NCBI GenBank assembly: GCA_964016885.1
Contig: OZ024742.1
Span: 146,940,001 to 147,004,000 of the forward strand
DNA from: Eledone cirrhosa
Taxonomy: Eukaryota
Direction of reading: 5' to 3'
DNA length: 64,000 nucleotides
The translations under genes were made by a program, and so were the position numbers. The notes beneath the pieces are model-generated. The model worked only from the letters and a program-made list of their open reading frames with translations, ran no database searches and was not told where the DNA came from. Numbering within the stretch: position 1 is the stretch's first letter; every line of letters starts with the position of its first letter. Of this stretch, positions 25,320 to 39,723 are shown piece by piece.

Positions 25320-26190
25320 ATTGTTATACTTGGGGAGGGTCATATTTGCGTAATATTGCCAGAATTAATAACAGAACACACTCACTGTTTGGTTGGTTTT
25401 CGCTTCTCACTGTCTTTTATATCTGCGATCTAACTTACTCGGTCCTCAATGTTGCCATTGACTGACCGACGGTCAAAAATAATACAGATACAATATAGAC
25501 ACAAACACATATATATAGTTTATATAATTTACATAAATCTTTCATTGCACATCTGCAACATCGTCAGTGGTGTTATATTTTTTTCCTCCTGTTGTGTTGT
25601 ATGTCTACGCCATTTTTTATTCAGTCTGTCTATATATTTATTTATTTATTTGCTTGTTTGTTTATTTTATTTTGTCTTCTTTGCGCATGCGTTTGCGTGT
25701 GTGTATAGTGTTATGTGTGCTGTGTGACTAGTGTGTATAGTGTTGTGTCTGCTGGGTGACTTAGTGTGTGTTTATGTGCTTGTTGTTATTGTGCTTGTGT
25801 ATGTATTTATTTATCTTATTTTATTTTATTTTATTTATTTACTTATTTATACTTCTCTTAGGTCAGTGTTGTTTGTTTGGGTGTTGTTGTTGTTCCACTC
25901 ATTCTTTCTGTTTAGCTTTGGTCTTCTAATTTCTATTTCACTGGCCTCTCTGATTTGCCTATCTGCTGGGTCATTCCTATGTTTAGATATTATTCTAATT
26001 TCTATGTTGTCTATGTTACCGTCATGTTGTTGTCTAGCATGTTCGTATAGTACTGACCCGTTTTTTCGTCCTTTTAGTTCCCCCCAGTGTTGGTCTATCC
26101 TTTCACCTATGCTACAAGCTGTCTCACCTATGTATGTTGTTGTCATGTTTCTGCAAGTACCCTCTGTACATCTTATGCTAAAATTAGAAT
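25320..26190 (-). mobile_element. Penelope-like element 3' end: GIY-YIG endonuclease fragment + pseudo-LTR
   Basis: ORF 25847-26146 with YIGET..R..QH, EH, R.IREA.EI..RPKLN (PLE GIY-YIG); downstream non-coding repeat with hammerhead; ends CCCTCCCCAAGTATAACAATA in (TA)n. Confidence 0.9.
25531..25572 (-). ncRNA. Hammerhead ribozyme motif in Penelope pLTR
   Basis: Minus strand: cacca-CTGACGA-tg-ttgca gatg tgcaa-t-GAAA-gatt-TA-tg. Confidence 0.65.
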
Positions 26191-26209
26191 AATATCTAAA
26201 CTATTTTTT

Positions 26210-26560
26210 AGAAAACCTGCCAGACAGTCCACGCTGTAATGTGGCCATGTAGGCAACACGCTAAAAACCTCCCAGCCCCACACTGTAAATGTGGTTGGTG
26301 TTAGGAAGGGCATCCAGCTGTAGAAAACCCGCCAGACAGTCCACGCTGTAATGTGGCCGTGTAGGCAACACGGTAAAAACCTCCCAGCCCCACACTGTAA
26401 ATGTGGTTGGTGTTAGGAAGGGCATCCAGCTGTAGAAAACCCGCCAGACAGTCCTATGCGAGCAAGACAATCACTCTTGCCTCAAGTGGGAAAACCCCCG
26501 TCCAAACCCATGCAAGCGTGGAACACGGATGTTAAACGTTGATGATGATGATGATGATGA
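26210..26560 (+). mobile_element. RTE 3' UTR fragment with 120-bp internal tandem duplication
   Basis: gttggtgttaggaagggcatccagctgtagaaaa occurs twice; (GAT)n tail. Confidence 0.85.
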
Positions 26561-26565
26561 TATAT

Positions 26566-28097
26566 ATCATTATCATCATCTTCGTTTAACATCCATCTTC
26601 CACGCTAGCATGGGTTAGACGGGAATTGTCCCAATTGAGGCAAGGTTGGTCAGGTGACCGTGTCTCGCTCATATAGGACTATCTGGCAGGTTTTCTACGG
26701 CTGGATGCCCTTCCTAACACCAACCACATTTACAGTGTGGAACTGGGAACTTTTTACCGTGTTACCTACACGGCCACATTACAGTGTGGACTGTGTGTTT
26801 TTTTGTCGTGACACCTACACGATCTCAATCTCATTTATTTGGACTGGATGTCGTGGTACCAACTTTACAGAGAGGGGGTGGTGTTGGTGGGAGTGGGAGG
26901 ATAGGGTAAGGGTAGTGGGACAGGGGTGTATATTTGGTTAAGAGGTGCCTACTGACTGTAGGTTTCGCTTTGTACATAGGCAAGGCGGGTCTCCTGTATT
27001 ACTGCGTTGTGCCAAAGATCTCGGTCCAGTGACATGTCTTAGAGAGGTGCAAGTGTATAAGGTCGGAATTTATCGGATCGTCCCAGGTTTTTCTGGGTCT
27101 ATCTACTCCGTAACTACCATCAATTTTGCTCGCCCTGCACTTTTTTATACAGCTGTCATCTTTCATGCGCATCGCGTGACCATACCAACATAGTCTTCTC
27201 TCAAGTAAACAGCATCTGATCCCTCTTATTCCTAATTTCTGACTTAGTTCATTTATGCTTTGCCGTTCACGAATTACACATCCAACGGAGCATGCATGCT
27301 TCATTCCTTTCCAGTCTGCACAGGTCCTCTGCACGCAATGCCCATGTCTCACTGCCATGTAGCATTGCTGTTCGTATACAGGCATCATACAATCTGCCTT
27401 TCATTTTTAGAGAGAAACCTTTTGTGGCCAACAGCGGTATAAGTTCTCTGAACTTTTTCCATCCCATTCTGACTCTGGCTACTGTACTTTCAGAACACTC
27501 TCCACCACTGCTGATTTCGTCACCCAGGTAACGGAAGGTGTCCACTATTTCTATAGAACCATCTGGGCAATAGACGGAGCTAGTATACTGTGGGCACTTG
27601 CTACTTATTGCACCTGAGCATCGGCCACATATAAAGTCTACGTTCTTAGATAGTTTACCTGTGATCCCACTACATCTTTTATGTACCCATACTTTGCATT
27701 TGGGACATAAAATGGAATTTCTGCCTACTCCTTTCCTACACACTGAGCATGGTCATTTCCCTGAGGGCACCTGTGCCCTATTTTCCTTTCTACAAACTAG
27801 GATTTTAGTCTTAGACAAGTTAACTTTAAGGCCTTTTGATTCTAGGCCATGCTTCCATGTTTGGAATTTCTTCTCTAGTTCAGCCATTGATTCAGCTATG
27901 AGCATTAGATCATCTGTGTATAGGAGTTCCCATGGGCAGCCGGTCTTGAACTCCTCTGTTATAGCCTGAAGGGCAATAATAATTAGGAGGGGGCTAAGGA
28001 CAGAGCCTTGATGAACACCAACTTTTACACTAAATTCTTCACAATATTCATTGTTAATTCTAACCTTACTGACTGTTTCTTTATTCATAGCTTGTAT
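26566..28097 (-). pseudogene. 5'-truncated RTE LINE (RT C-terminus, PHD, 3' UTR)
   Basis: ORFs 27753-28292, 27267-27743 and 26999-27388; 5' end abuts (TA)n. Confidence 0.92.
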
Positions 28098-28130
28098 ATA
28101 TGTATATATGTGTATATATATGTATATATG

Positions 28131-28205
<75 letters not shown>

Positions 28206-28211
28206 GGCTTT

Positions 28212-28243
<32 letters not shown>

Positions 28244-29088
28244 CATGGTAATTAGTGTGGTTTATCACAGGGGTGTATGAAAGCATATACAATATGTTTA
28301 TGTATAATAAACATACGAGAGAGTCTCACTATGAATTGTTGTAATTGTATCCCAGCTATTTCAGTAGCAATGAGAATGCCAGACAGCTCTTTATGATCTT
28401 TTTTAAAATAAATCTTATCAGTTTCACACTTGTGGAAGTCTGGGGGATGCCATCCAATGAGATGGTCATTGGCCAAAGTCCAAGAATATAAACAAATATA
28501 TATAGAGAGAGAGAGATTAAGTTTATGAATATATTTGACAAGTTTGAAAATTTGAAAATATAATTGCTTATCTTATGAAGATTTGCCACAATGTATATTG
28601 ACAATAAAATTGTTGAATAAGTCAGACAAATAACCCTTGGGCATTGAAAATATTTGACTGAGATATCTGCAAGAATCAAACTAGTCTTCAACCATTTGCC
28701 AGATGGCTGTGATTCAATTACACCAAAGTGACTCATACAACCTCTTGACTGATTAAGAACCTTGTCATTGAGTTAGAAATGTAAGCTAACCTATAAGTTT
28801 ACAAAGATTTTCCCACATAAACAATGTCACACAGCTCAGTGGTTTGGTGTGCAAAAACCAGTAAAATAAAGTACCTTACTTAAAAACAAGTGTGGGTTGG
28901 CATTAGAAAGGTAATCTAGCAGTATAATACTGCATCAAGAACTCTTATCCAACCCATACCAACATGAAAAAATTGGATGTAAAAATTATGTTAATGGTTA
29001 TCTTCATGAAATATCAGGGCTGTACTTTGATCTGAGACTGTAGTTTAATACTGAAGAAATTACATCATAGAAGAGAGATTTTAATTAT

Positions 29089-29542
29089 TTAACCCTTTCA
29101 TTACCACATATCTAAAGGAATCCACTGCATATGATTTTCAAATCATTTTGAAATCCTTGGAAAGATTTAGTAATATAACTTTCTCATTAAGCTGGTGTTT
29201 AGAACATAACTTAACAAAGGTTCTTATATAAAACTGTAATGGAAGGTTTTTAGATAAATATAAATACTTGAACTCTTTTGTTACTATATTTCTAATGAAA
29301 GACACTACCTATAATTTTCCGATCATTTTGAAAATAAATATGAATTTGAAAGGATTTAGTAATATAACTAACTTTCTCGTTATCAAGCTGATGTTTGGAG
29401 CATAACTTAACAAAGGTTCTTATATAAAATTATGATGGAAGGCTTTAAGATAAATATAAACACTTTATAACAAACACTTTTAAGCACTTTTGTATTGTAG
29501 AACAAGTGGTGGTTTCAAGCAAGTTGCCATCAAAAGTGTTAA
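29089..29542 (+). mobile_element. piggyBac-type MITE family B with partial tandem duplication
   Basis: TTAA-CCCTTTCATTACC ... ATCAAAAGTG-TTAA; related copy at 43152-43400. Confidence 0.7.
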
Positions 29543-30225
29543 GTCAATAGATATATTCAAACATTACATGAATCACCTATTATTCTGATATTTCTACACC
29601 TGTATCAATGGGATGAAAGACATTAATCATTGCCCTTTGCTAAACATTTTACTTTGTTATAATATATAGTCACAAAACCATAAACAAATATATGTACTGC
29701 TCCATAACTGCTCCCAATCATTCAGTTATATTTGCTTTTAATTATAAAATAATGATTTACAATGGCTTTAGATTCTGTTGTAGCCATGGTGACTGATTAC
29801 ATATCATATAAGTGTATTTATCTCTGTTGCAATCACAGTGGAATCAGAATGGAATAGAATGGAGTTCCATTGCTTTAAGCAATGAGTGTTTCAGTTTTTA
29901 AATCAATGGAAAATCATGCTTGTGAAATTAATATGCAATTGATTGAACATTCTACGAACATGTGCACCAGTAATGTAGTTTTCAGGGAAATTCGGTGTAA
30001 CACTCTGACAGGCTTCTACACAGTTTCTGAGAACACAAATTCACTCACAAGGATTCAGTCCACTCAAGGCTATGGTGAATGACACTTTCCCAAGTTGTCA
30101 CACAATGGAATTGAAGCTAGGACCTCTACCTTATATATTTATCTCTACGTCTGTTCAATGTTCCTCACGCCTAAATCTTAACAAATGACTGATTGTTAGA
30201 TTCTAACAATAGTTAGTGACTGTTG

Positions 30226-30257
<32 letters not shown>

Positions 30258-30313
30258 GGTGGTGGTGGTGGTGGGAGTAATGATGATACTGGTGATGATA
30301 ATAATGATGATGG

Positions 30314-30344
<31 letters not shown>

Positions 30345-30714
30345 AATGATGAAAATGATGATGATGAAAATGACAATGAGGATTATGAAGATGATGCTGA
30401 CTGGTGTTTTATTTATCGACCTCAAAAGATGAAAAGCAAAGTTGACCTTAGCAGTATTTGGACTCAGAGTGCAGATAACCAAAACAAACACAACAAAGTA
30501 TTCTATCTGACATTCTAATGGTTAATTATCTAAACAAATGCCACCATGTATAGCTATGTATAATCAGTGCTATATTAGCATAGTAGCAAGCACCACAAGT
30601 GCGTGACATATGATCCCATGCTTTACACAGTGCATTTTATTGTGGCACAAACACTACGGAAGTTGTCATATCTTTAACATAGCTGAAGGCTTTTCTCAAC
30701 ATTTAACCTTTTAT

Positions 30715-31205
30715 TTGGCAGGTTTTCTGCCACCAATGGATGCACTTCCTATCAACAACCACTCTACAGGGTCTACTGGGTGTGTTCATCATGTAAATCA
30801 GAAACAATAGGGTGGTTGTCATGTCTATGACACAGCTAAGAGTCCACCTGACTCTTTGTCTGGCAAACTTTCTACTGCTTGATGCACTTCCTATCACCAA
30901 CCACTTTACAAAGTGTACTGGGTGCATTTTTCATAAAAATCATCATTCCTAAGGAGGGTGTTATGTTTATGGCACAGCTGAAAGGTCCTCACAACCCTCT
31001 GTTTGGCAAGTTTTCTAAAGCTGGATTCCCTTCTTATCATCAACCACCTTACAGAGTGTACTGGGTGTGTTTATTGTGTAGATCACCAACACCAAGGAGA
31101 CAGTCATGTTTATAAGACAAATGAAAAGTCATCCTCACCCTTGGTTTGGCAAGTTTTCTACAGCTGCATGCCCTCTCTATCACCAACCATTTTACAGAGT
31201 GTAAT
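30715..31205 (-). repeat. Old tandem array of RTE-3'UTR-like units (about 4 copies)
   Basis: Repeated tggcaagttttctacagctggatgcmcttcctatcaccaaccactttacagagtgta; similar array in opposite orientation at 61975-62320. Confidence 0.65.
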
Positions 31206-31220
31206 GTAGAAATCAATGTG

Positions 31221-31252
<32 letters not shown>

Positions 31253-31382
31253 GTATACTAGGGAGAGGATCAGGGGTGTATAACACTCCACTTATCCAGC
31301 AGGCAGTATAAGGTTAGCTCAATGTCTGAGGACAGAGCCGTGATATAATAAATAACAAAGAACGCCTATAGCATATGCATAT

Positions 31383-31440
31383 CTTTACTTGCTAACATTG
31401 TTTCATCCGCACTATAAGTGGGACTCATCAGAGCATAAAG
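31383..31440 (-). ncRNA. Type I hammerhead ribozyme motif (Penelope-like pLTR)
   Basis: Minus strand: cttta-tgct-CTGATGA-gtcc cact tat agtg c ggat-GAAA-caatg-TT-agca-ag-taaag. Confidence 0.75.
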
Positions 31441-32086
31441 GTTAATTACATACCATACAAGCAATAACAAATCCAAGACATTGAAGAATGAAAAATAATA
31501 ATAGACGATAAAGGATATTAAGGAAGTAAAAGTAAAAATAAAAATAGGAATAAAAATAAAAATAAAAATAAAAATAAAAATAAGATAATAAAATAAACAA
31601 TGAAAAATAAGGGGTGCTATCAGTCACAGTTGGGCGGGGTGCTGTCAACATATAGTTACATACAAGCATACACATGGATAAGAGAACAGACAAGAGTAGA
31701 TAAGATAGATAGGATTAGGTAAGAGTAGGTAAAAAATAGGTGAAAAACAGACTTATAATATATATAAGAAAATATAAAGAAATACATAACAAACTTACAT
31801 ATAAAATATAAAATATACAGATAATAGTGATACAGGGTAAGGAATGAGATAAAATAATATAAAATTAAAATTAAAATTATATAAAATAGAACATAATATA
31901 ATATAATCATAAAATAAGATAAAATAAGATAAAATAAAATAAGGTAAACTAAAATAAAATAAAATAGACTAAATTAAAATAATATAATATAAGATATTAT
32001 TAAATGTAATTAAATTAAATAAATGAATAAATAAATAAATAAAATTAAATAAATAAATAAAATTAAAATTAAAATTAAAATTAAAT

Positions 32087-32118
<32 letters not shown>

Positions 32119-32119
32119 G

Positions 32120-32158
<39 letters not shown>

Positions 32159-32252
32159 ATGGAATTAAATAAGTAAATAAATAAAATTAGATAACATGAA
32201 ATGAAATAAAATAAAATAAAATGAAATAAAGTAAATTGAGATAAGGTATATA

Positions 32253-32700
32253 TTTTTTTTTTTTTTTAGAATATATATCTTGAATATATCAGGGGCCCAC
32301 GAAGGCACTAAGTGTCACAGTTATGTGTATCACTTGACCATTTTTTTTAAATATATTTCTTGAAAATATCAGGGGCCCACGAAGGCACTAAGTGTCACAG
32401 TCACCAGTATCACTTGACCATTGCAAGGCAATGGAGGCGTCCCAGGTTGGGCAGTCTCAAAAGTTCACTCGAAAGTCACGGGTGTGAATTCACACAGTTG
32501 AGCGGTGGGGTAATCACAAACCGGTTCACACCCGGGCAGGAGTCCAATGGTCAGAGAGAGGTGCATCGAAGGAAGGTAGGAGAATTCACGTGCATTAGCA
32601 AGCGAAGTGCAGGCGGGTTAGCCAAAGCAAGCAGACACAGTTGGAGCGCATACAAAAGATATATAAAAAGACAGAAGATATATAAAAAATAGCTTCAAGA
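32253..32700 (-). mobile_element. Two tandem 3' ends of an unclassified poly(A)-tailed retroposon
   Basis: T-runs at 32253-32267 and 32341-32348, each followed by atatcaggggcccacgaaggcactaagtgtcacagt. Confidence 0.6.
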
Positions 32701-33067
32701 GCCATGAAGTCACCGCATTGGGACATCACAAGATTGTACACATCAATATGTTCAGCACGTATATGCACATATACACACCACATGCATATGCAGAGACGGT
32801 ATACATATATATATATATTTTTTTTTATATACAGACATATACAACCACCTACACCCATACACATATAAATGTATACACGGACACACACGCACACACACAC
32901 AGCGTAGGACACCCGGGTCAAAGCTGATATTAAACACCGAAATACCACATTAGGCCAGACCCACCACCACGGATAATACATTCAAAATAAATACATACGA
33001 TGAGATGTAGTAAAATCTCATTTCTACAGCTGAGTAAACTGGAGCAATGTGAAATGTATATGTATAG

Positions 33068-33113
<46 letters not shown>

Positions 33114-33124
33114 CTATACATATA

Positions 33125-33370
33125 CATTTCACATTGCTCCAGTTTACTCAGCTGTAGAAATGAGATGATAGGGACTGGGGTCCCTATCATTCCACTGCAA
33201 AGTGGTCGTGGAGGTGCCACGGCAAAAAAGCACCCAGCACCCACTGTAAATGAGGTTGGTGTTAGGAAGGGCATCCAGCTGTAGAAATCATGCCAGGATC
33301 TGTTCCCGTCCCACCCTTGCAAGCAGGGAAAAGTGGACGTAAAATGAAATGATGATGATGATGATGATGA
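33125..33370 (+). mobile_element. 5'-truncated RTE-tail SINE with inverted 5' duplicate (33015-33070)
   Basis: Matches 21644-21880; mirror copy across (TA)n. Confidence 0.85.
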
Positions 33371-33402
33371 TATATATACAATGATATATATATATATACA
33401 CA

Positions 33403-33436
<34 letters not shown>

Positions 33437-33889
33437 CACGCATATATGTGTGTGTATGTATATATTATCTAATCCTTTTTATTATTTTTTAATTAAGTTA
33501 AGTTAAGTTAATATATAATTCACTCTATCGGTTCTGATTACATCGACTTTCTTGTATTTTTTCGGAAATAACATGTGGTTTCTGTGTGTGATGTTTTCCT
33601 AATGCATCACCTGCTCAGAGGGTGCAACGATGAAGCTGTACAGTTTGGAATATTCTTTATGTTTCCACATAAATCCATGTATCCACTATGTAATGTATTG
33701 CGTCCAGTTTGATATACAAATTCCTACTTACAACTTACAAGTTTTGTAAAATCACGGAGTGAATGATAAACAGCAATCCTAGATGAAATCTAATTATCTG
33801 GCTTTTTATAATTAATGTTTAATTCTCCCCGGTAACAGATATGTCTTTGATTGTAAGTTGAACATTATTTTTTATATTAGTTCAAATCT

Positions 33890-36800
33890 TACTATTTATG
33901 CACTTCAATCTTACTATTTATGCACGCAAGGAAACTGCTCTCAAAATGATAGTTTTTAGGACAGTTTCCAATTCTACCCGAAAACCAATCCAATTGTCAC
34001 AGAAAGAAATTGAACTGGTTTTCAAAAATTCAATGAATAATATTTCATTCATTCAAAGAAGCAAACTCTTTGGGAGTATTTCGGTACTCATGAAGGATCA
34101 ATTGACGGCCCAAAATTACTCTGTGTCGCCAATTGTACCCAACCTGTATACCTTTTTCCCTACATACATGGGGAAAATGACACAAAAGATTAGAATGGTA
34201 GATACTGTGCGGCTTCATCAATTTTTATGAAGACAAAATACTTTCAGTCGGAAAGTCCCCCAGAGATGTGTTCAATGGGACTAGCGTTGAAGTTCTGCAA
34301 ATGAGCTCAGAGCGAATAGCTATGATCCCACAACGTGTACTCCTGGACGGAATCACCTACATAAACTTTTCGGTTGAGGGTAGGCGGCCTTCATGTTACC
34401 ACTGCTTTAGCAGGGGTCACCTGAGGACTTCCTGTCCTAAATTAATGAGTCAAAAAAAGACTCTTCTGCCAACACCCATCAAAATAACACAACCACGAAC
34501 ACCACCACAACAACAACAACACCAACACACAAAAATAACCACAACAAACACAGTCCCACCCAACCCCACTCCACCTAAAACCACTGCAAAATCACATACA
34601 GACACAACAGCTCCCCAAGACATACCCATCCCCAATCACACAGACGATACAACAGATGAGGCTATCTCGCCATCACCCAGTGAAGACGAGGGAGAACCCC
34701 ATCGCTCGAAAAGAAAGAAAAGACATCACAAAAGCAAAAAACCAGCAAACACTACCACAAACATACAACCACCAACATAAACAACAAAAACATCACAAAC
34801 AAAACCCCCACCTCCTGAAAACAAAATACCTACAACAAAACGAAAGCACACACAAGAACTACAGACAAAAATAAACACAACACAAGAAAATTACACTTAC
34901 ACTTACATAAACACTGAAAACAAAACACTAATGGAGACCATCACGAACAACCCTTCGGTTTTCACCGAAGGGAAAACTTTCGCCCACTCAATTAAAAATA
35001 ACAAAAAAACTGAACCTAAAACTGATTAGGGTCCCTATACAAACTTATAAGTCCCTAAAAGAAACATTTGAAAAGGATGTGGGGAATTCCTGCGTGAAAC
35101 CACTTAACCGCGTCCTTCTCAAATGTCTCCCCACCCCAGACACCCCCATCCCACCAGACCCCACCCCACCAAAGATCTCCATCCCCACCCCGCCGGAACC
35201 ACCACCCACCCAGACAACCCCTCCAACACCCCCATGGAAATCGTGCAGCCTGGCTGACGAAGGGTGAGTGATCTCTTTTCCTCTTTTAACTTTTCAGCAC
35301 CAACATAGCCAATATAAGAGTTGGATGTGTGAACGACGCGGCCTGGGGATGCTCTGGAAACAGGGCAAACTCTTAAACGACCTCAGGTCGCGCAGTATGG
35401 ATGTAGTAGCCATTTGCGAGTCCAGGATCCACAGCGAGCGACAGCTAGCCCCCATCTTCGACGACTTTGAGATCTACGCATCTCTCTGTCGGCCAGGGGG
35501 TGGGGGCGGGGTTGCCGTTTTGCTGTGAAAACATCTGGGCCTCGTAACACAGACGGTACATCTGGACCCGGAGGGTCGACTGGTGGTCCTAGACGTTGAC
35601 GGTAGTGAAGGTGGAGCCTTCAGGCTAGTGGCTGCATATGCCCCATCCAGGACACCGCGGCCAGACTTCTTCAAACGTCTAGAGACTTTTCTGGGAACGT
35701 CCCGCTCCTTGCTTTTAGTGGGGGACTGGAATGGAATCCTAGATGCACGTTGGGACTATGTGGGAGCATGTCCCGATAAAGGGGGGTGTAACAGCCTCAA
35801 ACAGTTAATAGACCGATTTGACCTGGCCGATAGATATGGACTAGATTTTCCGACTGTGCCACTGTGGACGTGGACTAATCTCAGCGGAACATCTAGATCG
35901 TACCTAGATAGGGTTCTAGTTAGAAATAAGGATAGGGACATGTTAAGCTGTTCACAAATGTTCATGGTTGCCTATTCAGATCACAAACTAGTGACCTGCA
36001 TGGCCAACCTTGATAGAACCCATAGCCAAGGACCCGGCTACTGGAAGCTGAACTTGTCGTTACCGACATTCAAAGCCTACAGTAGACGGATTAGCACTTT
36101 AGTTAAACAACACTTGACAGGGGCCATTGTCAACAACAGATGGTGGTACTCTCTCAAGGGGGTAGTTAGATTAGACTCGTTAGTTTTTAGTAAAGAATTA
36201 GCGTTAGATAGAAATAAAACCGAGAAGAACTGGTAGATAAAGTAGAAGAGGCAATTAGAAGTGGCAACGTAGCCAGCGTGCTAGCAACGAGAACGGCCTT
36301 GGAGCAGTTCTTCGACGCAAAGCACGAGGGATGCGTTGTCAGAAGCAAAATACGTGCTCTGGGAAACGAGGGAGCCAAAGCTGTTAGCTGGGCCCGAGTG
36401 ACGGAGGCAAAAAGTGGCAACAAGTCCACGATTCGGTCTTTGAAGGACCAAAACGGACGCGTGATACGTGAGCCGAAGCAGATGTGTGCGGCCTTTCAGC
36501 GGCACTTTGCTCAACTGTTCGGGAGGGCGGCGCGCCGGGAGGGGCTATGGATTTCGGTCCATACCTCGACGGCCTACCGCGACTCTCGGACAGCGAGACA
36601 AAGTTCTGCGAAAAGCCGATTTCAGCCGCTGAGATAAGGGACGCGCTGAGCCAATGCGGCAAACGCAAATCTCCAGGTCTCGACGGTCTACCCTACGAAT
36701 TTTACGTAGCAATGCCGGACTTATTCTCCGGTCTCCTTGAAGCGGTCTACTGCAACTGGCAACAGAAAGGGAGAATTCCCAGTTCTGTGACCTGGGGCGT

Positions 36801-38966
36801 AGTCACACTAGTCAGGAAGGACGAGAATAACGGGGATGACATAGGCAACTTCCGGCCCATAACTCTTCTAAACACAGAGTTACAGGTTTTGGCCAAGGTG
36901 TTGGCAAAGAGGCTGGCGCTTGTCGTCGAGAACCTGGTAGGAGAAGCGCAGACATGCGCAATCCCGACCAGGTCCATACACGACAACCTCCACCTCATGC
37001 GATACATCATAGAGAGAGTAGGGTGTAAACCCGGCTTCGGTGGGGCCCTGATCAACTTGGATCAGTCTAAGGCTTTCGATAGGGTTGACCATCGTTACCT
37101 GGATGCGGTGCTCGAGGCGGCAGGCTTCGGACCCGTGTTCAGGGGCTGGATTGCTGCAATGCACAACAGCAACATCTGCTCAAGGGTCAAGGTGAACGGC
37201 TACCTCTCGGAGCCGTTCCATATCACGCGAACCATTCGACAGGGATGCCCGCTCTCCTCCCTTCTGTACGTACTGACTCTCGAGCCACTACTGCGGAAGT
37301 TGGAGCTATTGCAGGGTATCCCTCTGGAACCGGGACTGCGGAAAGCGGCGTCCCCCTACGCCGAAGACGTGACAGTAATGGTGTCGAGCGCCTCGCAAAT
37401 CGAGGAAGTCGGCACCTTACTGAAAGAATACGAAAGTTTCACAGGAGCGAAGCTGAACCGGGACAAGTCCATCGGTTTGCAACTCGGATCGTGGAGAGGC
37501 AAACTGATGCCTTCCGATGGCGTCGTCGGACGCTGGACGGAAGCACCGGTAAAGCTGCTCGGGGTCTGGTTTGGTCCGGACCTCCAGGTGGAGAAGAACT
37601 GGAACGAGGTGACGGCCAAGGTGTTTGCACTCACCCAGAAGTGGGCCGAGTGAAAACTATCCTTGAAAGGTCGAGCGGAGGTGGCGAACACTTTTATAGC
37701 GTCCGCCATCTTCTACCGCTTGACCGTCGTGCCTTGTCCAGCTAAAACGCTCAACAAAATGGAGCGCGCGCTCTTCCAATTCCTTTAGAAGAGCGGGCTC
37801 CTTTGGTGAGAAGATCCATCTGCTGCCAACACCCTTCCAACGGAGGGTTGGGGATGCCGTGGCTGACGATGCGCAAACACGCGCTCAGGCTACGGCATCT
37901 CTACGTATTCCTCACCAGACAACCGGTGTGGGCCCCGTTCGTGAGGCGAGCCTTCCCACGACTCGTCTCGCTGACCGAGCTGCAGTCCTGGGTCAAGCAA
38001 AGACCGAGCGACTGGCACATCGAATGTGCTCAGGCGCTCACAGCCCTCTGGCAGGCGGACCCGGCGATCAGTGGAGACTCCACTTCGTCATTCTATAGAG
38101 GGTTGATCCGCAGCAAGTGCGACGGCGCGCTCAGTGAAACTCTAGGCGTAGAGGAAGATGAACTGGCCAGTCTGTTCGGTAGGACCTTCCGCCCGGGACC
38201 GATGGACAACTTCCAAAAGTCCCTGGCCTGGCAGTGCTACCGAGGAGCTCTACCAGTTCGAGACAAGCTCTACAGACATGGGCGCCCGGGCAGGGACCCT
38301 GAAAAAAAGATCTGTCCGAGGTGCGTGCGAGACGAAGAAACCGTCGCGCACGCATTCATACACTGCCCGGGCGTCACCGACCTGTGGGGCTATGTAGAAC
38401 GACTATTGTCGCGGGTGGGACCAATCCGGTTGACCACTGAGTCCATTGTCATGATCAAACCGCCACCCTCCTTCAAAAACGAAGGAGAGGCGGTGTTCCT
38501 TTGTGTGATAGCTATGGCGAAAGAGGTTGTATGGTGGACAAGGTTGAAAGGGCTGAGGTCAGACACCTTTCTCTCCGGCCAACAACTGATTCTTTTTTTC
38601 AAATACCACTTTGGAAGAAGAATCAGGATGGAGAGAGAGGTGCTGTACCCCAGCAAGTTTTATGAAAGGTGGGTGAAAGTGGCGGGAATGGCCCGAGTGA
38701 ATGGGCCTTCTCTCTATATCAGCCTGTAGGTTGAGGAAAAGGAGGAGGAGAGGAAAGGAGTACAAACTCTTCGTACTCCTGGAGATGAGGGTTTCACATT
38801 TTTTCGGGGGTATGTGTTACCCATATAAACTGTCTCCCCCTATTGGGGAAAATCGACTAATTTTTTAAATTGCATTTGTGATAACATTTTACACGTTTTT
38901 ATTGTATGTAAACTTCCCCCTTTGTATTTGTCCCTTTCTTTTGTGCCCCTGTGGCTAATAAAGAAA
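33890..38966 (+). mobile_element. L1/Tx1-clade LINE, near full-length, inactivated
   Basis: ORF1 with CCHC knuckle (CYHCFSRGHLRTSC); ORF2 EN (AAYAP, VGDWN, SYLDR, SDH), GPGYWKLN, KSPGLDGLPYEFY, RPITLLN, LDQSKAFDRV, RQGCPLS, YAED, C-terminal CPRC..ETVAHAFIHC; AATAAA at 38957. Confidence 0.92.
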
Positions 38967-39038
38967 CATATCTATCTACCTACTTATCTAACTATCAATT
39001 TATCTATCTACCTATCTAGCTATTTATCTCCCTCTCCC

Positions 39039-39100
<62 letters not shown>

Positions 39101-39102
<2 letters not shown>

Positions 39103-39563
39103 TTATTTATTTACCACAGGGGCGTACAAAAATGGGACATTACAAGACGTGACGGCGGGGGTTTTACATAAAATCTTTAACAATGATAAATAACAATAAA
39201 CTATATAAAAATAAAACAAGTGAAACCCGCTACTGCGGGGTTTTTTTAGACCCCATGGATAGAACAACCCTCAACACCAGGAACACGTTTTGTAGGTGTT
39301 CCCGTCTTCCCTCTGTTTATCATCCTCAACCTACGGGTTTATATACAAAGAATGGCCCATTCACCCGGGCCATTTTTGCCACATTCACCCACAGTTCAGT
39401 GAATTGGGTGTAGCACCTCTCTCTCCACTCTCACCTTCCTTCTGAAGTGGCACTTATAGAAGGGTATGAGTTGTTGTCCGGAGAGAAAGGCCATAGCCAC
39501 CAGACAGAGGAAGACCGCCTCTCCTTCATTCTTAAATGAGGGCGGCGGGGTGATCCTCACGGG
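39101..39563 (-). mobile_element. 3' fragment of a related Tx1 subfamily, tail-to-tail with the main copy
   Basis: PPPSFKNEGEAVFLC...FLSGQQLI...REVL homology; 3' UTR cccctgtgg.aaataaa. Confidence 0.85.
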
Positions 39564-39723
39564 TGATAAACGGAAAAAATGAAACGAAATTTCATTTCTC
39601 ACTCTTAGTACGGCTGTTACTTAAATATAAGTATGTATACGTACATACATATATGCTCAGCCGTTAATATGCATAAGGAATGTTTATACTTTCAGACGCT
39701 CAACCATCTGGCAGGAAGGTATA

